A stretch of 64,000 nt of DNA, from the NCBI GenBank assembly GCA_025786725.1, contig JAHLTZ010000014.1:434001-498000 (forward strand), written 5' to 3'. Of this stretch, positions 49,407-62,343 are shown piece after piece. The notes below the pieces were generated by a model. The model saw only the letters and a list, made by a program, of their open reading frames with translations. It did not search any database and was not told where the DNA came from. The position numbers and the translations under genes are program-made. The stretch comes from Syncephalis fuscata S228 (Eukaryota; Fungi; Zoopagomycota). Position 1 is the stretch's first letter. Each line of letters begins with the position of its first letter.

Positions 49407-51027
49407 CTATTGACTATTATTTAATAGTTCTTTGGCCGATTCACCAAATATGTCATCTCTTGTAACTAGTCGTGTCCAAAGACTTTTTGCCCTATTCATA
49501 TCTTTGTTTAAACCACCTCGACCTTCAGCGTATAATTTTCCCAAATTAATCTGTAAATTACATATCAATCAATTAATAAACTGTTAGTATTCATCCAATA
49601 CTCTGTGTTAACTAGTAGCCATCTCTTACCAGTGCAGGTGGAACATTCCGTTCTGCGGCCATAGTCCAGTATTCAACAGCACGTCTTTCATCTCGTGCCA
49701 CACCATCGCCAACAAAATAGCAATAGCCGGCGTTGTATAGTGCATTGGGTACACCTAGTATATCCCAAGTAAGTATTATCTACACTATACTATACTACTT
49801 GCCTTTCGCGGCTGATTGTTCAATCCATCGAAATGCTTCTTCTTTTTCTGGTTGGCCCGAGGGTCCTTGTCCGTTGGTTAGCATAACACCTAGCAAGTAT
49901 TGTGCTTCTGCATCCTGTAATTCCGCTGCCTTTTTAAAATACCCATAAGCTTTATTAAAGTCTTGTTCTACACCTCGTGGCAATAAATAGACCTTGCCTA
50001 TCTAACGTTAGGGGTAGTATTAAATAGAGACTATTAACCTACCCAGTTCTGTATAGGCAGCTGGATGTCCTAATGGACCTGCACGCTCCCATAATGAAAT
50101 GGCCGTTTTGATATCATTTTTCTCGCGGATTAACATAGTTGCCAAGTTCAACTGAGCAACACCATGCCCTTCATCGGCCAGTTTGGTAAATATTGCTTCA
50201 GCTTTTATGCTATCACGTTTGATTCCATTGGGTGCTATATATAATGTTATATAAATTGTTATATTGCCATTAACAGTAATATAATGAGCTTACCTTGATA
50301 AAGCAATACTGCGTAATTACACATGGATGTGCTATCACCCGACTCTCCCAATAGACGATAAAGCATTACAGCACATGTAGTGCCATCTATTGGTATTAAT
50401 TAATCTACATGTTATATTATTGTAGCTATGCCTACTTTTAGAAAACTTTAATAAAGCACTAGCTAGTGTTTTTAATGCTAGTACATCATTATTTGCCGCT
50501 AATTGAATGTCAATAACCAAGTTGATCTATTTGTAGATCGTTTACCTGCTAATACTGAGGATTTAAGCGTTTCCCAATCGCTATCCGCTGCATCTAAAGC
50601 AATGCCATTATACTGAGCATCTAATAGTAATGTTGTAGCCCGATAAGCAACTTTGGATGTTAGTTCGCTTTTCTCTTTTTTACAAAGGGCCTGTAGAATA
50701 GCATCCGACGGTAGAATATCTAGCTGACTATTAGAATAAATACATGTATTATTGCTACGCCATACCATCTGCTTCTAATCTATTATCGCTTTCCAATGTA
50801 TGTTCCTGCTCGTCTCTAGCGGGTAAATTGGCAAAAATGCCACCCATACTTTGTTCTTTATAGACTGGCGCTGATAGTCGCGAAAACAAAGCTTTTTGCG
50901 TCTTCGGTATAACAACATAACCTCTACTTAACGTATCGACCACAGAGTACCCAGTACTCGGTCTGTACCGTGTCAATGACCCGCCGTGTCGACGTAATAT
51001 AGCGTGCAGAATCCTTGTTGTAGCCAT
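49407..51027 (-). CDS. Sel1-like repeat protein with putative mitochondrial presequence, multi-exon
   Basis: Repeats AYTELGKVYLLPRGVEQD, AEAQYLLGVMLTNGQG, ALYNAGYCYFVGDGVARD and INLGKLYAEGRG; Arg-rich N-terminus. Confidence 0.85.
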
Positions 51028-51141
51028 TGTATAAATTGGTGTGATTTAAATATTTTATTAAAAGAGCCGCTATTGTCGTTCTTTTATTAAATATTTACGG
51101 TGAAATTCGCTCTTTCTTTTCTTTTCTTATTCGTCGTCAAT

Positions 51142-51848
51142 ATGAATTCTCTAGTGGGTCGCTTTCAACAGCGATGGATCCCACTACTTACTAGACCAAT
51201 GCTAGGAGCGAGTGTCGCTACAAGAGTGGGCCTTGCTCGATTCACGACTACCAGTAAGTATGAGTGTTGTAGTCGCGTTTATTTACCAATACATCACGTT
51301 CTAGCACACCGATGGCAGCTGAACCCGCCGCCATCGAATCAAGTCCGATTATTGTACCGGAGAAGCAGTTCCCTATACCGAAAGGTCCAATAACCAATCG
51401 TAACTTAATTGAAGTTGTAACGACTGAACATTTGGAACGACTAGATCCTACAGGTGAGAAACGAGCACTGCTTTCTCGTCGTAGTCGTAGCCATATCAAT
51501 CCAGGTGATGTGCTTATGATCGAGTCGTATACATCACGTACCAAGGGAACAACGACGCGATTTATGGGAGTATGCATTGCTATTTGCCGTAAAGGTGTTG
51601 ATACCAACGTACTTGTACGTAATATCGTCGAGCGTATCGGTGTAGAGTTTCGCTTTCCGGTATTTAGTCCAATGGTTAAACGCATTGAAATATTAAAGCG
51701 CGGTGAAGGCTATCGACGTGCCAAACTCTACTATCTACGCGAACAGCCAGGCAAGGCATTCCAATTAGCGGGACTCCGTAAACAGCAACAGCAGCAGCAG
51801 CAGCAAAAACAACAAGCTGCACTAGCTGCCAAAACAAAGAAAGCATAA
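51142..51848 (+). CDS. Mitochondrial ribosomal protein bL19m (Img1-like)
   Basis: INPGDVLMIE, RFMGVCIAI, LVRNIVERIGVEFRFPVFSPMVKRIEIL and YRRAKLYYLR; one intron at about 51258-51304. Confidence 0.93.
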
Positions 51849-51879
51849 CTTTACATTATAATAAAAAGTTTATTTTATA

Positions 51880-52915
51880 TTAACTAGGTGATATGGCAAA
51901 TCGATGAAATTGTCGTGCATAGGCTGTATGAACACGCCAATTAAATATATCATCAATTGATTCGGCATATAAACCAGGATAGACACCAAGGCCAGCAGTG
52001 GGTCCAGTAGCACCAAGTGCTTTATAGCGGTGTGGATGACCCAAACGGAACATAATAGATAATACAGTATCACGTTGTGTATAGTAGAGAAATGTACCTT
52101 GACGTGCTGCACCTGCACTTAGAATATCCGCAACATCAGGTTCGGCACAAGCCGGTGCACATAAATGAAGCCAATCGGGCCGTGGATCAATAGTGTTTGG
52201 AGTAGATGACACATCTGCTGGTTTACTCGTAATACCCGCTTCTCTTAGTGCTTCAAGTATATGACGGCAGCCAAGTGAATGGGCAACAACACGTACATAC
52301 TTGTATTGTTTACGTAACTCAATCAATCGATCAAATAATTCATGAGCTCGTTCTCGGGCTTGTTCATCAGCATGTCGATACTGTCGTATGATGCGGGCTG
52401 CATTTAATCCCATATCAACACCAATAGTAGCTAGTGCAGACGCCGGTGTAATAGCACTTAATCCACGTGCCGCAATATACGTTGAATAAAGACCAGATGC
52501 GATGGTAGCCGATGGTCGTGGTAATAATGACGATAATTGACCAGAAGGCCAGCTATATCTATATATTATAAAGTTATTAATATTATTACAATAAAAGCAA
52601 TAAAAAACTACTATATGTAATTGATAATTACCCGTAAACCGTACCCGACCAACGATGCTTTGGTGATAGCATAAGTAGTCGATGTGACCACATCCAATCT
52701 TCAAAATGATCAGCCGTCTCTCCTTCGGCTAAAAAGCCTTTATATGTAATAGTATATATGTAATAGTATATAAATATATATTAATAAATAGTTTTATTTA
52801 TTAATAAGCTACCTTTGATATACAATGTTGCCTGCGTTTCCTCGCCATTAGGCCGAGATAGAATACGCCATTGAGGCAGTGCCACTTGAGAATAAAATCT
52901 AGATAAAGCAGTCAT
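51880..52915 (-). CDS. Alpha/beta hydrolase (DUF726/DUF900-like), 3 exons
   Basis: LYIK|GFL (oxyanion), YSWPS, VVAHSLG nucleophile elbow, D in QRDTVL and H in VHTAY. Confidence 0.82.
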
Positions 52916-53187
52916 GTATAACAAAAGTATTAAAGAAAATAAAGGCTATTATTAATTAACAGGTCCCCTTAAATAATAGTAATAATATAAATAATGATGA
53001 TAGCAATGGCTAATTTACATAAAATAAACAAAATTAATTAAAATTGAATTTATTTAAATGTCATAGACACGTTAATTACTATGAACTGTATACAAAAAAG
53101 CAGTAGCATTATATAAAATACATATAAATAGTATGATCAGATTAAAGACTGTCATCATACTATTTACACTTGTTGTTGTTGTCATTT

Positions 53188-55542
53188 TTAAAAGAGTGAT
53201 GGCGATAATGAATTGTATTGAAGTGTTGATGGTGCTGATTGAGTATGATCAGGAGGTGCTGGTCTACGTCGTCCATTACTTATCCATAAAGGTGTAGAGC
53301 TTTGAAGAGCTGAATGATCATCGTCATTACTATGATGATGATGATGTAGATTACTATCATGTAGATTGTCACTACTATCTAAATGTTTGCTATCAATGGA
53401 TATACGAGAACTACTATTAGATTGCATCGTTTGACGTACAACATCAGCAAGAGAAGAGAGAATGCGTTCAGATGCTGTAATAGCATTAGGTGCTGAAATA
53501 GTTTGCACCACAGGTTCAGATGTTGTTACTGTTGTGGCTGTAGCTGTAGCTGTTGATGATCCATTTGATCGTTGTGTATTGGAGAATATACTGGTTATAG
53601 TACGTCTATTATTTACATTTGCTGTTGTTGAGCGATATTTAAGCCAATTAAATCGACGTCGCTGTAAAACAGAGTCACGATTATTTGCTGTTACTGGTAA
53701 TGTTGGTGTTGTTATAGTCGATGTTGGCATTGTTACTGATGGCACAGTTGTTGTTGGTGCTGACAGTGTTGCTGTTGTTGGTGTTGCATTTGTCGTTGTC
53801 GGTGTTGGTGGTGGCACAAGTGCACCAATATCGCATACAAATCCCTCGGGAATAATCCATCGTTCTCCTGAACGACGTGGTCTAGGAAATGTTGGTGGCG
53901 GACCAATATTAGGCCGTTGACGACGTACTGTATATCTTAATAGGCCATGTGATTCATTAGGTGCGGCCCATTGGTCTTTACCATGTTCTTTCATTACAGC
54001 CATCGTTTGTTCATTTAGACTAGCAAACGAAGAAGGTACCGGATGGTGAAAGAACCAAGCTAAACTACCTAAACTATCCTGCTCTATTGCCTTTTCTAGC
54101 TGATTAATGGCTTTTTTCGTTTCGGCTTGTCTATCTACTCGTAGTTGCATCATTCGATGTTTTAACGAAATTGGCTGTTTATTCGTTTTAACCGGCACAA
54201 TAACCGTTCCTTCGTTTTTAACCGGTAATCGAGCATGCCATCCGAATGATGGCCATTCATTGGATAGCTCTTCTTCTTGCGATAGGCTTGTGGTAGAAGT
54301 GCTACTTGTACTATTCCGATTATTAGAAGTCATGGGTAGTGTGTGTGGGTTGGGCCGAGTAATTGGCATACGATAGCGTGAACTAAAGAAGCCGGCTCTA
54401 CGCCCATTGGATAGCGATGGAAATAGCAAATTTGATCTGGATACTCTTGGTGACAGTCGGCGTCTAGATGGCGCCGGCGTCGGTGCTGATATTGTCTCCG
54501 CTGGCAATGATAGTCGACGTGTACTAGCCAATAGTCTTTGTCGCTGATATCGACGTCGAATAGAATACGTATCAGGTGCTACAGCTGGTGGTGGCAAACG
54601 TGCCACACGACGAAGCGTAGAAGATAGTGTAGTGATTGGTGGTGGCGGTGGTGGCATCAATGGCGGTGCAGCCATAGGCGAATGCGATACTGAATTTGTC
54701 GATGTGCTATCAGATGGGCTGGATTTAGCCATATCTTGTGGTGCCACCAATTGCCATTGGTATTCCTTCCATGCTTGAGGTGATATCAGTTTGGATGTTA
54801 TTTCAGGTGAATGATTAGTCTCATTGGTCTCATTCGACGATGTTGCTGATAAGGGTAATGATGCGTATTTAGGTGTAGGTAGCATGGCGGACCAGCCATA
54901 GCACCATTCTTCAAGTCCATCACCACGGCACTGTGGCATACCTGTCATCGCTGAATAGGTATAGCGTAGACCAGTTGCTAGCATAGGTGTAAATAAAAGT
55001 CGGCCTGTTGTTGGATGAATAGCGCGTAGACAGAAGGCAATATGATAAGCACGCGCATTTTCCTGGCCAAAGCGTATAATTAGAATAGGTGGTCGTTTGA
55101 CAAAATGCCTTATTAGTGCACGCCGAGCACAATAGCGCAGGCCATCTCGTCTTAAATGGGTATTTACCAATGGCTGAATAGTAGTATTAGTAGTAGGAGT
55201 GGCAACGGTACTACTATGATCTACCATTTCACCGAGTGTCCCCTCTTGAACCAGTGTTGATTGAGCGTGTTTTATTGCCACTCGATTCGAGTGAAGCTGT
55301 CGCAGCCAATTAAATGGAGCTGAACATTTTGAAGCTATAGTTGACGGTCGTTGGTTACGGCGCTGCTTCTTCAATAAAGCATGTTCATGCTCAGTGGAAA
55401 TAGGCTCGGTGGCTAGACGAAATAGCGTGGGCAAATCTAGCTGATTTAAAATGGATTCTACCGCTTCAGTGGGTAAAAGAATGGGCTTTTTTGCTGTTGA
55501 TGGCAAAAATGGCGTCTCTAATTGAAATGATGCTATTGACAT
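53188..55542 (-). CDS. Large low-complexity protein with an N-terminal F-box-like motif
   Basis: Open frame of over 780 codons with first ATG at 55542. LLPTEAVESILNQLDLPTLFRLA resembles an F-box; the rest is P/S/T-rich. Confidence 0.65.
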   Translation of the reverse strand: MSIASFQLETPFLPSTAKKPILLPTEAVESILNQLDLPTLFRLATEPISTEHEHALLKKQRRNQRPSTIASKCSAPFNWLRQLHSNRVAIKHAQSTLVQEGTLGEMVDHSSTVATPTTNTTIQPLVNTHLRRDGLRYCARRALIRHFVKRPPILIIRFGQENARAYHIAFCLRAIHPTTGRLLFTPMLATGLRYTYSAMTGMPQCRGDGLEEWCYGWSAMLPTPKYASLPLSATSSNETNETNHSPEITSKLISPQAWKEYQWQLVAPQDMAKSSPSDSTSTNSVSHSPMAAPPLMPPPPPPITTLSSTLRRVARLPPPAVAPDTYSIRRRYQRQRLLASTRRLSLPAETISAPTPAPSRRRLSPRVSRSNLLFPSLSNGRRAGFFSSRYRMPITRPNPHTLPMTSNNRNSTSSTSTTSLSQEEELSNEWPSFGWHARLPVKNEGTVIVPVKTNKQPISLKHRMMQLRVDRQAETKKAINQLEKAIEQDSLGSLAWFFHHPVPSSFASLNEQTMAVMKEHGKDQWAAPNESHGLLRYTVRRQRPNIGPPPTFPRPRRSGERWIIPEGFVCDIGALVPPPTPTTTNATPTTATLSAPTTTVPSVTMPTSTITTPTLPVTANNRDSVLQRRRFNWLKYRSTTANVNNRRTITSIFSNTQRSNGSSTATATATTVTTSEPVVQTISAPNAITASERILSSLADVVRQTMQSNSSSRISIDSKHLDSSDNLHDSNLHHHHHSNDDDHSALQSSTPLWISNGRRRPAPPDHTQSAPSTLQYNSLSPSLF

Positions 55543-56547
55543 CGTGTCGTTGTTGAGCTGCGTCACTGGCAATGTTGCAAAGCCAATCACGTTGTTGTGA
55601 ACAAGGGATGTTGATTTAAAAGTAGCTATAGCTGTCAAATATCAGCGTCGTTGATAAGATTGACCTATAAGTAAGAATATGCAGATAGATCCACACAGAC
55701 TTACTATTGATCTATGTACAGTAGCAGATAGAGATAGAATGCTATTTAGCAAACAAAAAGTCGTATTACAGGTTGGATGGCGAAGAAGAGGATAAAGAAG
55801 AGTAGTCAATTGGAAACTATGGCGCAATAAGAGTAACTAATGTAAAGATGATCGCCAGTACGCAAACCTGTCCGAATGGTCACACGTAAATCACGAGCAA
55901 GAAAGGCATGCGCAATGTATGTACGCTACTATAGATTGTACACCAACAAATAGAAGCGTGAAAGTAGAATAGAATCAAGAAACAAGAAACAAGAGGCACG
56001 CGTGCAAGACAAGCAGATGACACGGCCGGCAAGATAGCAATAAGACAATGATTCGTTTCGGTAGAAACTAATGAAGTAATTAATCAATCAATGCCGTGCT
56101 AATTGGTAGTGGTGTCAATGAAACTGAATCAACCATATTAGTTAAATAATGCATATATTAATTACTCATATTACCTACCGATTTGTGTTTAATTGAATAG
56201 TGCCGATAAGTGTAAATGATAAGTGATATATAGGTGCGCGAAAGTGAAAGCAAAAAATAAGTATGAGCTGGCCATATGCATCCATATTCGCTCATTGAAT
56301 GTTGGCTAAATGTACGATAAAATATGCATAGAATGCCGGTCATTCTGTGTATAGATGCGTGACTGACCAATGACGTAGGCAGTGAGTCCATGCGCATAAA
56401 TCCGTGCAAATGTTTCTCCTATGATCACATGCTGAATAAACATTGTGAAAATTGACGTCATATAATAAATTGAATACATTTATGGAAACATGGATTCGTA
56501 AAAGAAACGGAATTACAATTTATTAGGCTAGCTATACTATTTTGGCA

Positions 56548-57714
56548 CTACATTTCTTTGTTATCTTCGGAATGGCAATGGTCAACTTGTTGTTGCTGAT
56601 CGTCGCTACCGTTGTTGGCTGCATGCTGCAAAAGACGGCGCTGCCACATACCATCCAAATCGTACTCGGCCCGCAGGTCAGGTAAGAATAAATGGATCGA
56701 TTGGTCGCCAGCATCGACTGCCAACCAATCGCTAGGAGGATCCCGACCTACAATTTGAGGCGCGCTATCCAGCTGATGGCCATCAGACACCGATGATGAC
56801 CAGACCATTTCTGTCTCCAAAGACAATGAAAGCGACGACGATGGCGGTGTAGTACTCGTTTTATCGTCGTCTGACGTAGAAGATAGTTCGCGATAAGCAT
56901 TGATACGCCGTTGTCGTTGTCGAATCTATTATGTTGCATAAATTAGTAAAGCAATATTTAAAGTTAGTTTACTTACAGCGCGTGTTAACCCTTCAGCTAA
57001 TGCAACCAATCGGCTACGTGTAGGGGCCTCGGCGACCACAAGCCAGTCCATCCATTCCGATACGGGTCGTACATCGACAACAGCAACGTTTTCTGCCCGC
57101 TCATCAATAAGCCATTGTTGTGTATCGTCAATGGACCATGGTGTGGTTGCTGTGTCATGCAGCATTGAAGAACTTGCAGCTGATGTATCACTACTAGATT
57201 CAAGTGACTGCAAGGCTGAGCGACGCCAGCGAGGTGTCCAATCAGGATCATTGGCTCTTGCTGTATCTATTTCTGTTTGTGTTTCTTGCGCTTCTTTTAA
57301 ATACCAATCAGGGTCTTCATTATCGTTTAGTTCGACTTGTGCGTCTGTGTCGACGGTAAACATGTCTCGCGAGTCGGGATCTATTAAATTTATAGTTGAC
57401 GCAGCTAATGCATGTGTTAAGCGATCTGCCTCCTCAGCCGATAATGTTTCCTGCGATACTTCCTGGAACTCTTCTATATCCTCGGCTGTCGCAGGCACTA
57501 CCTCGCTTGTTGTCCGATCAGTGCCATTTGAATTGGCAACTGAATAGCAACGACGCCAATTAGTGGCAACTGATTCAATAGTGGTACATTGGTAATCTTT
57601 TACTAATCTGCTATTGGTATAGGCAAACCGTGTTACACTTTGTGAACTAGACGTGCGCTGCCTATAAGCAGTACGAGTTGCCGCTAAAGCAATATGTGAA
57701 AGTTGGCGTAGCAT
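56548..57714 (-). CDS. Mitochondrial RsfS/MALSU1 (ATP25 N-domain-like) ribosome silencing factor, 2 exons
   Basis: Presequence MLRQLSHI; DERAENVAVVDV..MDWLVVAEA..SDWLAVDAGDQSIHLFLPDLRAEYDLDGMW is the RsfS signature. Confidence 0.88.
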
Positions 57715-58168
57715 GAATTTAACCGTAATAAATTTTAAATAAAAACAATATAAAAAACAAAAAAAACTACTAATTAGCATTAATATATTCTATTTAGCAC
57801 ATGATTTATGACTCAACTAATGTTAAATATTTGACTGGCAATAATTGAGGGGAAATAGTTTGGGAATATTAGACATGGTGCTATTTTCTCGATATTTATG
57901 ACATGATTAATATGCATCAACTATAAATAGTGTATTGTTAATACAATTAAATATAACATCAAATGAATATAGTGTATTTAATGTATAAAAATAACTATGG
58001 CACTGCCTAGAGTAATGTTTATTCTTGACTTGTAGCCTGCTATAACAAAATAAACTAATAACCGGCGTGCACAACTGTATTACAAAATAAACAACAATTA
58101 TGTAGCAACACACGTTAACTTGTGTACAATTAAATAGTAAACCATTAACCATCGTAGCTAGTTGGCTA

Positions 58169-60590
58169 CTATACTGCCGTTACTAAGCTTTCCGAATTAT
58201 TATTGGTCTTCTTTTGCGATTTGGTAGTATCTTTGCCTTTGGCATTGGCCCGAGCAGCTCGTTTTCCACCACGCTTGCCACGGCTGCCGCGATATCGACG
58301 GGGTGACCGCGACTCTTCTTTTAATATGCCTTTTATATCCGATAACTTGATAAAATAATCAGTCGATAGTGGATGTGCCGTACTCATCATTGGCATACCA
58401 ATAGAACTATTGGCTACTTGATTTGTCGCATAACAAGGCATGGTCGTGGGTATGTCTTTCTGCCTCATTGGTAGTATCAATGTCTTTGGCATTGAAGATG
58501 TTAGTTTTGAAATATCTTTGCTTAATGTATGGGATATCTCAATTAGTGCCGTATCTATGTCACCATTAACCTGGGGAGAGCTTTCAGTTGGCGTATCAGT
58601 GAATATCGCCAATAAAGGTATATGATCGCTTGGTATTTCCTCGTTGGGAAAAAATATGCGACGATGCTGTTGATTGATATCGCCAAGGGTCGATACAACA
58701 CGTAGAGATTCCGATGATGTGTAAAGAATTCGATCAATTTCGCCAGTAAATTGCGGTGTACGTACTGTAGCACTTATTTTGGCACCAGCAGCTGCATAAG
58801 CACATGCCAACTGCAATCGGTGGCGTAGTGTTCTGCTTCGAGTAAAGCGACCAAAGTTGTTTCCACCAAATGCTTGTCGACCTATACGACCGCGTAAAAG
58901 ATAGGCCATTACATCACTGTCTGGCAACGAGTTCCAATCACCACATAGGACGGTAGGTGTTGGCTGGCTATTGGACAGGCCGTTCTTCAAATCATACTGA
59001 TCTTGTTGTTCTAATTTCTCACAAAGTAAAGCGACCTGTAGCAACTTGGCATCGGAATAAGTAGGATCCGCAAGCAAATGTGTGTTAACAACTCTTAAAT
59101 GGCGTCCAGTTCGTTGATCGCAAAACTTGGCAATAATAGCCAGATTATGGTGCATATTAAATCGACAAGCAAGATCACGCTGCTGTGTACTGTTGCTTTT
59201 TGATGTAGTGCTTGGATTGGCTGCGTTGTCGATATTCTCTATAGTTTCTTTCAAATTACTTTCTTGATAATGAATTACACTAATTGAACCTAATTTAAAG
59301 CGTTCTTCTCGATATAATATAGCGCATCCATCAGTAAGATTATGATGTCGTTTTCTTTCGTAAACGCCTTTATAATTGTATTCGTTTAGTGTTGGTAATA
59401 ATACATTATTATAAAAAGACTCGTCTACTTCTTGAAGCGCAATTATATCAGCATTACTTGACATAATAGTGTGTAGAATATGGGCACTGCGGGCCTTCCA
59501 ATCAAGCAACGAAGGTGCAACATAGTCGAATCGTGGTCGATTAGCGTATTGCTCGGATAAAACATTCCATGACATAATACTGAATTTGGTCAGCCTGTCA
59601 TCTTTGTTTTGATGCTGTTGTAGATTAGGCTGCATAAAACGAGTGGATACTGCATTAAGTTCCGGTTTGAAACTATAATTGATTTCACGCGGCGAAGAAT
59701 AACCAAATGGAAGGTTACATGTTACAGATTGTGATGTACAGTGTTGTTTGGCTAGTTGTATAATTGAACTTTCGTTTAAATTATTACATTTATCATTACG
59801 CTGTCGCTGGCGACGTCGTCCTGCTCGACGCGTTCGCTTGGGTTTTATCTGCGCAGTATTGTCCTGCTCACTCTGTAATGTCGATTGTAACGACAAGTCA
59901 CCAATATCAGGCATGGCTTGTGTAATGGTGGTTTCTGTTAATGATACTGATGGCACCCATGGAGCAGCATCCACATTCCATACAAAAGATCTGAGAAATA
60001 TTTGTAAATAGACAATTATTTAAATAAAACATGACAACTTACTCTACTTTATCATCTGGCCAGTATGAAGTATGGTTTGGTGGTGGCGTTGACAAAGTTT
60101 GTTCATCGTCAAATGATTCTGATTCGCTACTACAAGTACTGTAATTACCTGTATCAGAACATGTTAGTGAGCTTGTAGATAGTGATAGACTATCATCAAA
60201 GTCCAATGAATGCTGAGTATTTGGTACCGTGAGCGCCTGAGAAAGATTTAAACGTAGGCGTGAGTTAAGCTGGTGAGCCATTGGCGTAAGTAGTGCAGCT
60301 CTTCTCAACGCAACACGATCTTTACTGTTTAATGTAGTATTTTTGTTAATGTTATTGTATGGACAAGAGATGTTGGCTTGATTTAACATTTGTAATGTTA
60401 ATGATGATAGTGATGTTAAATCAGCATTGTCGGTATTCGCACGGAAATTAGACAAATTGCTCACGTTGCACATGCTATCCGAAAATAACTGTTTACGAGT
60501 AAATTGGTGTTCATTATCGAGTATAGTGCACTGAGGCGATGCCAAATAAGAGTCAGCACTCATAGTGCGCTGTTGCATTCGGATCTCCAT
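58169..60590 (-). CDS. CCR4/nocturnin/Angel-family EEP nuclease lacking LRRs (about 789 aa, 2 exons)
   Basis: Intron 60042-59991 joins the two ORFs in frame. Motifs SWNVL, IIALQEVD, DGCAILY, NTHL, CGDWNSLPDS, IDRILY and PSDH. Confidence 0.9.
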
Positions 60591-62343
60591 AGTTGTTTGT
60601 CTATTTAATTATTAATTTGATTAAATAAATCAGCGGTTATAAAAAACCCTATTTATAGAATGTAGTCAACCTACCTAATTGCTTTTTAGCTATAAATAAA
60701 AAAATAGTACTTAATTTTGTCACTTTTAAAGAAGTAACAATCTATAAAAATAGTGGGAGTATAGATGATAACAGATGTAGGACAAGACTCCACTTTTTGC
60801 CCACAACAATAAAAACCCTATCAATAAAAGCTCATTAAAGCTCCAATACAACAGCAAATTGATCGTATATCAGTATAGGCTAAAGAGCCAACAAACTGAC
60901 AAACGATAGGTCTGAGCAATAAGTTAGGATACTGAAAAGCTGCTCGACTTTAGTTCACCAAGGATAGCTTCACTATAGTAAAAACAGCACGGATATCAAT
61001 AAGAGTTTAGCGCTAATAGCCGCAGCAAACAAATAACAATAACAGAAAGTTGCTGTTACGCTATAATAAAATGCTGGCCAGTAGGTACTCTTGTAGAAAT
61101 TTAATAGAGCGTAGAATAGCAAAGAATTTAAAAAGCAATGATATCAATGCTTAAAGGGGAATACTGCTGAACAATTCGATGAAAACAATGATAATGCGAA
61201 TAAACGAACCAAAACGCCGATTCGACAGGTGTGTGGGTACCTGGAGATTTAAAACAAAATTATATCCAAAATGCATAAATACTCGGTCTCCAATGGCTAA
61301 ACAAGATATTGAAGGGGATTCAGTGTATGAATCGCTTAGATGTCGAGGGGGGTATGCGTACGCGCGCGAAAAGGGAGAAATCTGGTGCAGCAATAAATGA
61401 CGATAAACATATAATCTATCTATAGGCAAGTTACAAGGGAGAAATGCTATACCTGGTCAGCGGTCCAACCATTAATATTGAAAACGAAAAAGCGAAATAC
61501 ACGCAGAACTTTTTAAGATAAACCAAGCTGCATGGCCATAGATCGAAGAAAGACTAAAAAAAGGAAACATATGGAATGGCACGGCCGGCTACCACCCCTG
61601 ACGATTGGTTTGCATTTATTAATAGTTAGTCGGGCCGTCTGTGCAAACTAAGGGGTTTAAATTGGTGTTATTACTGTTGTTACTAGTGCTTGCGCGTACA
61701 TACGTACTGTTGACGTATACACTCGAGAATTTGTGACGGCGCACGGATATATGAGGAGATCGACAAGCCAGTTACGGAATTCGATCTAACAAACAGGTTT
61801 ACCCTTACAAAAATCAGCCAATTTGTTAATATACATGATAGTGGATGAGATGTGAATAGTTGCAAAATCGAGTAGATACGATGTATAGCAATGGTGTTTG
61901 TTAAAACACTTGCACGTATTTGCCAATCATTTATTGCTATAAGCTTAAAGCAGCAATTTGCCATTGATAAATAACCCAAAAATTTAAAGCAAGCTATGTT
62001 ACACACATTAATTGCAGTAGCTATTTTCAAAGGGGAACAGAGTGCATGCGTCATCGCTTTCTCGCCCATTGACAGCTCGGTCTCCGCCATTCGCTCCGCA
62101 GAATCGAAAGTAAGGAGTGGTACTCGATAGTGTAGCACTTGCTGCATGTTAACCCGTACAATTTGCGATGTTGGTTCATGTAGCAAACTCGAAACTTGGT
62201 TCGGCTAAACTAAGCAATAATGCTAACCAACGATTCATTGTTAATATGCTTTAAAATGTAACATATCAACAAGCGAAGACAGCTAGACTATTGTCTTAGT
62301 AAACCATAAATAATTACTATTTAATCATTATAATCATGATTTG

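Noticed and set aside
61683-62186. 167-aa minus-strand ORF
   Set aside because: Non-ATG start, no motif and no convincing exon chain; left uncalled.
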